DNA of 32,000 bases from Candidatus Saccharimonadota bacterium (GTDB lineage Bacteria; Pseudomonadota; Gammaproteobacteria; Enterobacterales; Enterobacteriaceae), in NCBI RefSeq assembly GCF_964059045.1, contig NZ_OZ060402.1, positions 90,001 through 122,000 of the forward strand, given 5' to 3'. Under the pieces are notes generated by a model. That model was given only the letters and a program-made list of their open reading frames with translations, ran no database searches and was not told the DNA's origin. The first letter of the stretch is position 1; every line of letters starts with the position of its first letter. This document shows positions 29,238 to 32,000 of this stretch, piece after piece. Position numbers and translations under genes: made by a program.

Positions 29238-30317
29238 ATGTATAACCAACAAGAAGATACCAATTTAATACAAACAATTTTTTTAGTTATGTTTGTTGTA
29301 ATTATAATTTTTATCAGTTGTTTAATTTTATATCCATTTTTTTTATCTTTTGCTTGGTCAGGTATGATAGTTATTTCTACTTGGCCTATTTTATTAAAAA
29401 TACAACATTTTTTAGGAGGAAAGCGTATTTTAGCAGTTGGTGTAATGATTATATTATTGTTATTATTATTTTTTCTGCCTTTGATTATTTTAGTCAATAA
29501 TTTAATTGATCATAGTCTTCCTTTTATTAATTGGTTACATGCTGGAAATTTAAAATTCCCAAAATTAATTTGGATTAAAGATATTCCTTTAATAGGAAGT
29601 GGTTTATTTTCAAAATATAAAAATTTATTAAAGAATGAAGGTTCTTTATTAATTACACATATTCGTCCATACATGAGTTATACAAGTATATTATTTCTTA
29701 TTCAGGCTGAAAAATTAGGAAAGTTTATTATACATTTAATTTTTATTATTATTTTTAGTATATTAATGTATTGGCATGGAGAAAGAATAGAATATACTGT
29801 TCGGAATTTTGCATTTAGATTAGGTTCGGATTCTGGAGATGCAGTGATTGTATTAGCTGCTAAATCTATTCGTTCAGTTGCTTTAGGTGTGATAGTAACT
29901 TCATTAATACAAATTATTTTATCAGGTATTGGTTTAATTATATTTGGTATTCCATATTTTTTTTTATTTATTTTGATAGTAATTTTTTTTTGTTTAGTAC
30001 AATTAGGACCTTTGCCTGTTTTAATCCCAGTAGTTATATGGTTATTTTTGCATAATCATACAATATCAGGTGGATTGTTTTTAATTTGGAGTACTAACAT
30101 TTTTATATTAGATAGTATTTTACGTCCTTTTTTAATAAAAATGGGTGCTGATATTCCTGCTTTATTAAGTATTTTTGGAGCCATAGGAGGTTTGTTAGTA
30201 TTTGGTATGATTGGATTATTTTTAGGTCCAGTTGTATTGGTTATTTCATATCGATTAATATTATCATGGATGAATAATATTCCAGTATCAGAATTTTTAT
30301 TAGATAAAAAAAAATAA
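29238..30317 (+). CDS. ydiK: Inner-membrane AI-2E/PerM (UPF0118) family transporter YdiK
   Basis: Polytopic membrane ORF collinear with my recollection of E. coli YdiK (YW.GE......R.FA.RLG...GDA...LAA..IR.VALGV.VT.L.Q..L.GIGL...G.PY, CLVQLGPLPVLIP..IWL, RP.LI.MGAD.P, G.IGGL..FGMIGLF.GPV.L..S.RL). I prefer the ATG at 29238 over the tracked TTG at 29220. Confidence 0.85.
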   Translation: MYNQQEDTNLIQTIFLVMFVVIIIFISCLILYPFFLSFAWSGMIVISTWPILLKIQHFLGGKRILAVGVMIILLLLLFFLPLIILVNNLIDHSLPFINWLHAGNLKFPKLIWIKDIPLIGSGLFSKYKNLLKNEGSLLITHIRPYMSYTSILFLIQAEKLGKFIIHLIFIIIFSILMYWHGERIEYTVRNFAFRLGSDSGDAVIVLAAKSIRSVALGVIVTSLIQIILSGIGLIIFGIPYFFLFILIVIFFCLVQLGPLPVLIPVVIWLFLHNHTISGGLFLIWSTNIFILDSILRPFLIKMGADIPALLSIFGAIGGLLVFGMIGLFLGPVVLVISYRLILSWMNNIPVSEFLLDKKK

Positions 30318-30465
30318 AAAATATGATATTCATTAAAATAAAAAATAAAATCTATATTTAAAAATATAATCTTTTAATTTTATATTTTTAATAATTTTAA
30401 ATTTTAATATAATATTTTTATATATATTTATATTTTTAAAAATTAGAAATATTTAATATTTTAAT

Positions 30466-30503
30466 AAACTACATATATTTTAAGATTTAAATATATGTAG
30501 TTT
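30466..30503. repeat. Perfect 15-bp-stem hairpin in the ydiK-aroH spacer
   Basis: aaactacatatattt (30466-30480) is the exact reverse complement of aaatatatgtagttt (30489-30503), with the 8-nt loop taagattt. It lies 148 nt after the ydiK stop. Confidence 0.85.
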
Positions 30504-30575
30504 ACATATTTTAACATACTTCATAATATTTATTGTTGAAATAATTATTAATTTTTATTAATAATTATTCATGAT

Positions 30576-30677
30576 TATTTTATTTTTTATTAAATTTTAA
30601 ATTATCTTATTGATTATATAATTGCCATATAAAATCAATAAGATAATTTAAAATTGTTTAATAAAAAAAATAAAATA
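30576..30677. repeat. About 100-bp compound palindrome in the ydiK-aroH spacer
   Basis: The core arms are perfect 23-nt repeats: aattttaaattatcttattgatt (30593-30615) and aatcaataagataatttaaaatt (30633-30655). Inside them, tata/tata pair across one A:A mismatch, leaving the loop attgcca. Outside them, the arms continue as tattttattttttatta (30576-30592) against the reverse complement of 30656-30677. That outer pairing differs only by a T6/T8 run length and a 3-nt bulge. Confidence 0.85.
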
Positions 30678-30991
30678 TTTGTATGATACTCAAGAATTAT
30701 TAAATTTTGCATTATATTTATAATATTTTGTGATTTTTATTTTTGTGTGATAAACTTTTTATTTTTAAAATATTAGATTTTTGTCTAATTTTTTATTTTT
30801 TTAAAAACTATTCTAGATCTTATTTTTAACTTCATTTAATCCTTTTAAATAATATTATAATACTAAAATTATAATTTTAATCACATCTCTTATATAATAT
30901 TTTTAAATAATATTTTTTAAAATTTTTAGTTAAGATCTATATTATATATTAAATAATAATACTTATTTAAATAAACCATGTAGAGAATAAA

Positions 30992-32000
30992 ATGCAAAAA
31001 ACAGATGAATTACGTACAATTAGAATTGATCCATTAATCACACCGTTTGAATTAGCAGAAAAACATAAAATTACTCCAAAAATTATGGATAATGTAATTC
31101 TTACTAGAAAAAATATTGCAAGAATTCTTACTGGAAAAGACAAAAGATTATTAGTTATTATTGGTCCTTGTTCAGTACATGATCCAATTGCAGCTATAGA
31201 GTATGCTCACCGACTTAATGTGTTAAGAAAAAAATATAGTTCAAGATTAGAAATTATTATGCGTACTTATTTTGAAAAACCTAGAACAGTTGTTGGATGG
31301 AAAGGATTAATATCTGATCCAGATCTAGATGGTAGTTTTCGTGTTAATCATGGATTAAATATTGCTAGAAAATTATTATTAGATATAAATTCTATTGGAA
31401 TGCCTGCAGCAACTGAATTTTTAGATATGGTGATCGGTCAATTTATTGCAGATTTAATTAGTTGGGGGGCAATAGGTGCTAGGACTACAGAAAGTCAAAT
31501 TCATCGAGAAATGGCATCAGCTTTATCATGTCCAGTAGGATTCAAAAATGGTACAGATGGTAATATAAGAATTGCTATTGATGCTATTAGAGCTACTAGA
31601 ATTCGACATTTATTCTTGGCACCTAATAAAAACGGTCAAATGACCATTAATCATACTAGTGGTAATCCATTTTGTCATGTTATTATGAGAGGAGGAAAGT
31701 TACCTAATTATCATAAATCAGATGTAATATTAGCAAAAAAACAATTAAGAGAGTTTTTATTGCCTGAATATTTAATGATAGATTGCAGTCACGGTAATTG
31801 TTTGAAAAATCATCTTTTGCAAAAAAAAGTTGCTTCTTCAGTATCAAATCAAATAAAAAATGGTTCAAAAACAATTGTTGGCGTTATGATTGAAAGTTTC
31901 TTAGAAGAAGGCACTCAATTAATTAATAATACAAAAAAAATGGTTTATGGAAAATCAATAACTGATCCTTGTTTATCTTGGAATGATAGTGTAAATATTT
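30992..32000 (+). CDS. aroH: 3-deoxy-7-phosphoheptulonate (DAHP) synthase, Trp-sensitive type; 3' end beyond the window
   Basis: Not in the ORF track because no stop codon is reached. My hand translation from ATG 30992 is open to the window end: MQKTDELRTIRIDPLITPFELA...DKRLLVIIGPCS.HD...YFEKPRTVVGWKGLISDPDL.GS.RVNHGL...FLDMV.GQFIADLISWGAIGARTTESQIHREMASALSCPVGFKNGTDGN. It matches E. coli AroH more closely than AroG or AroF. Confidence 0.95.
   Translation, partial: MQKTDELRTIRIDPLITPFELAEKHKITPKIMDNVILTRKNIARILTGKDKRLLVIIGPCSVHDPIAAIEYAHRLNVLRKKYSSRLEIIMRTYFEKPRTVVGWKGLISDPDLDGSFRVNHGLNIARKLLLDINSIGMPAATEFLDMVIGQFIADLISWGAIGARTTESQIHREMASALSCPVGFKNGTDGNIRIAIDAIRATRIRHLFLAPNKNGQMTINHTSGNPFCHVIMRGGKLPNYHKSDVILAKKQLREFLLPEYLMIDCSHGNCLKNHLLQKKVASSVSNQIKNGSKTIVGVMIESFLEEGTQLINNTKKMVYGKSITDPCLSWNDSVNI

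Noticed and set aside
30466-30503. Whether the ydiK-aroH palindromes could be a dif/Xer site or replication terminus
   Set aside because: I see no resemblance to the gammaproteobacterial dif consensus (GGTGCGCATAATGTATATTATGTTAAAT). From the gene content, this region is not expected to lie opposite the origin.
30826-30942. Distant 9-nt inverted match tagatctta (30826-30834) / taagatcta (30934-30942) upstream of aroH
   Set aside because: It is only 9 nt, separated by about 100 nt, and the extension requires an indel. This is within chance expectation for the window.
1-32000. Search for a novel defence, mobile or accessory system (CRISPR arrays, transposases, integrases, phage genes, toxin-antitoxin pairs, clustered hypothetical genes)
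   Set aside because: I see no spaced direct-repeat array. Every ORF of 100 aa or more is a recognisable housekeeping orthologue in conserved enterobacterial or Buchnera order, or an antisense shadow ORF. There is no block of unassigned genes that could constitute a system.

Overview
This window is an extremely A+T-rich stretch (about 20% G+C by eye, not computed; spacers are almost free of G/C) of a reduced gammaproteobacterial endosymbiont genome. The gene order is tkt-dapE-dapA-aroC-smrB-hisGDCBHAFI-gnd-dcd-metG-tilS-tRNA-Val-ribE-rsxABCDGE-nth-tyrS-sufA-ydiK-aroH. This matches the order I recall for Buchnera aphidicola. It also follows the E. coli K-12 map once large deletions are allowed for. 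I annotate 29 protein genes (two truncated by the window edges), one tRNA, three terminator-like hairpins and three long inverted repeats. All calls rest on by-eye alignment of the supplied translations to E. coli orthologues and on catalytic motifs. About 18% of the window is non-coding by my coordinates. I see no transposase, integrase, phage gene, CRISPR array, toxin-antitoxin pair or defence-like gene. Every ORF of 100 aa or more is either a conserved housekeeping orthologue or an antisense shadow ORF. I therefore do not find a novel multi-gene system here. The unexplained signals are non-coding: a perfect 32-bp inverted repeat between ribE and rsxA, a roughly 100-bp compound palindrome plus a second hairpin between ydiK and aroH, and a gene-free 1-kb spacer between dapA and aroC. 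Reductive-evolution features are also visible: MetRS lacks its C-terminal domain, sufA is orphaned, no his leader is present, prmB is lost, tRNA-Val has A1:U72 and no encoded CCA, and long in-frame poly(A) tracts occur.
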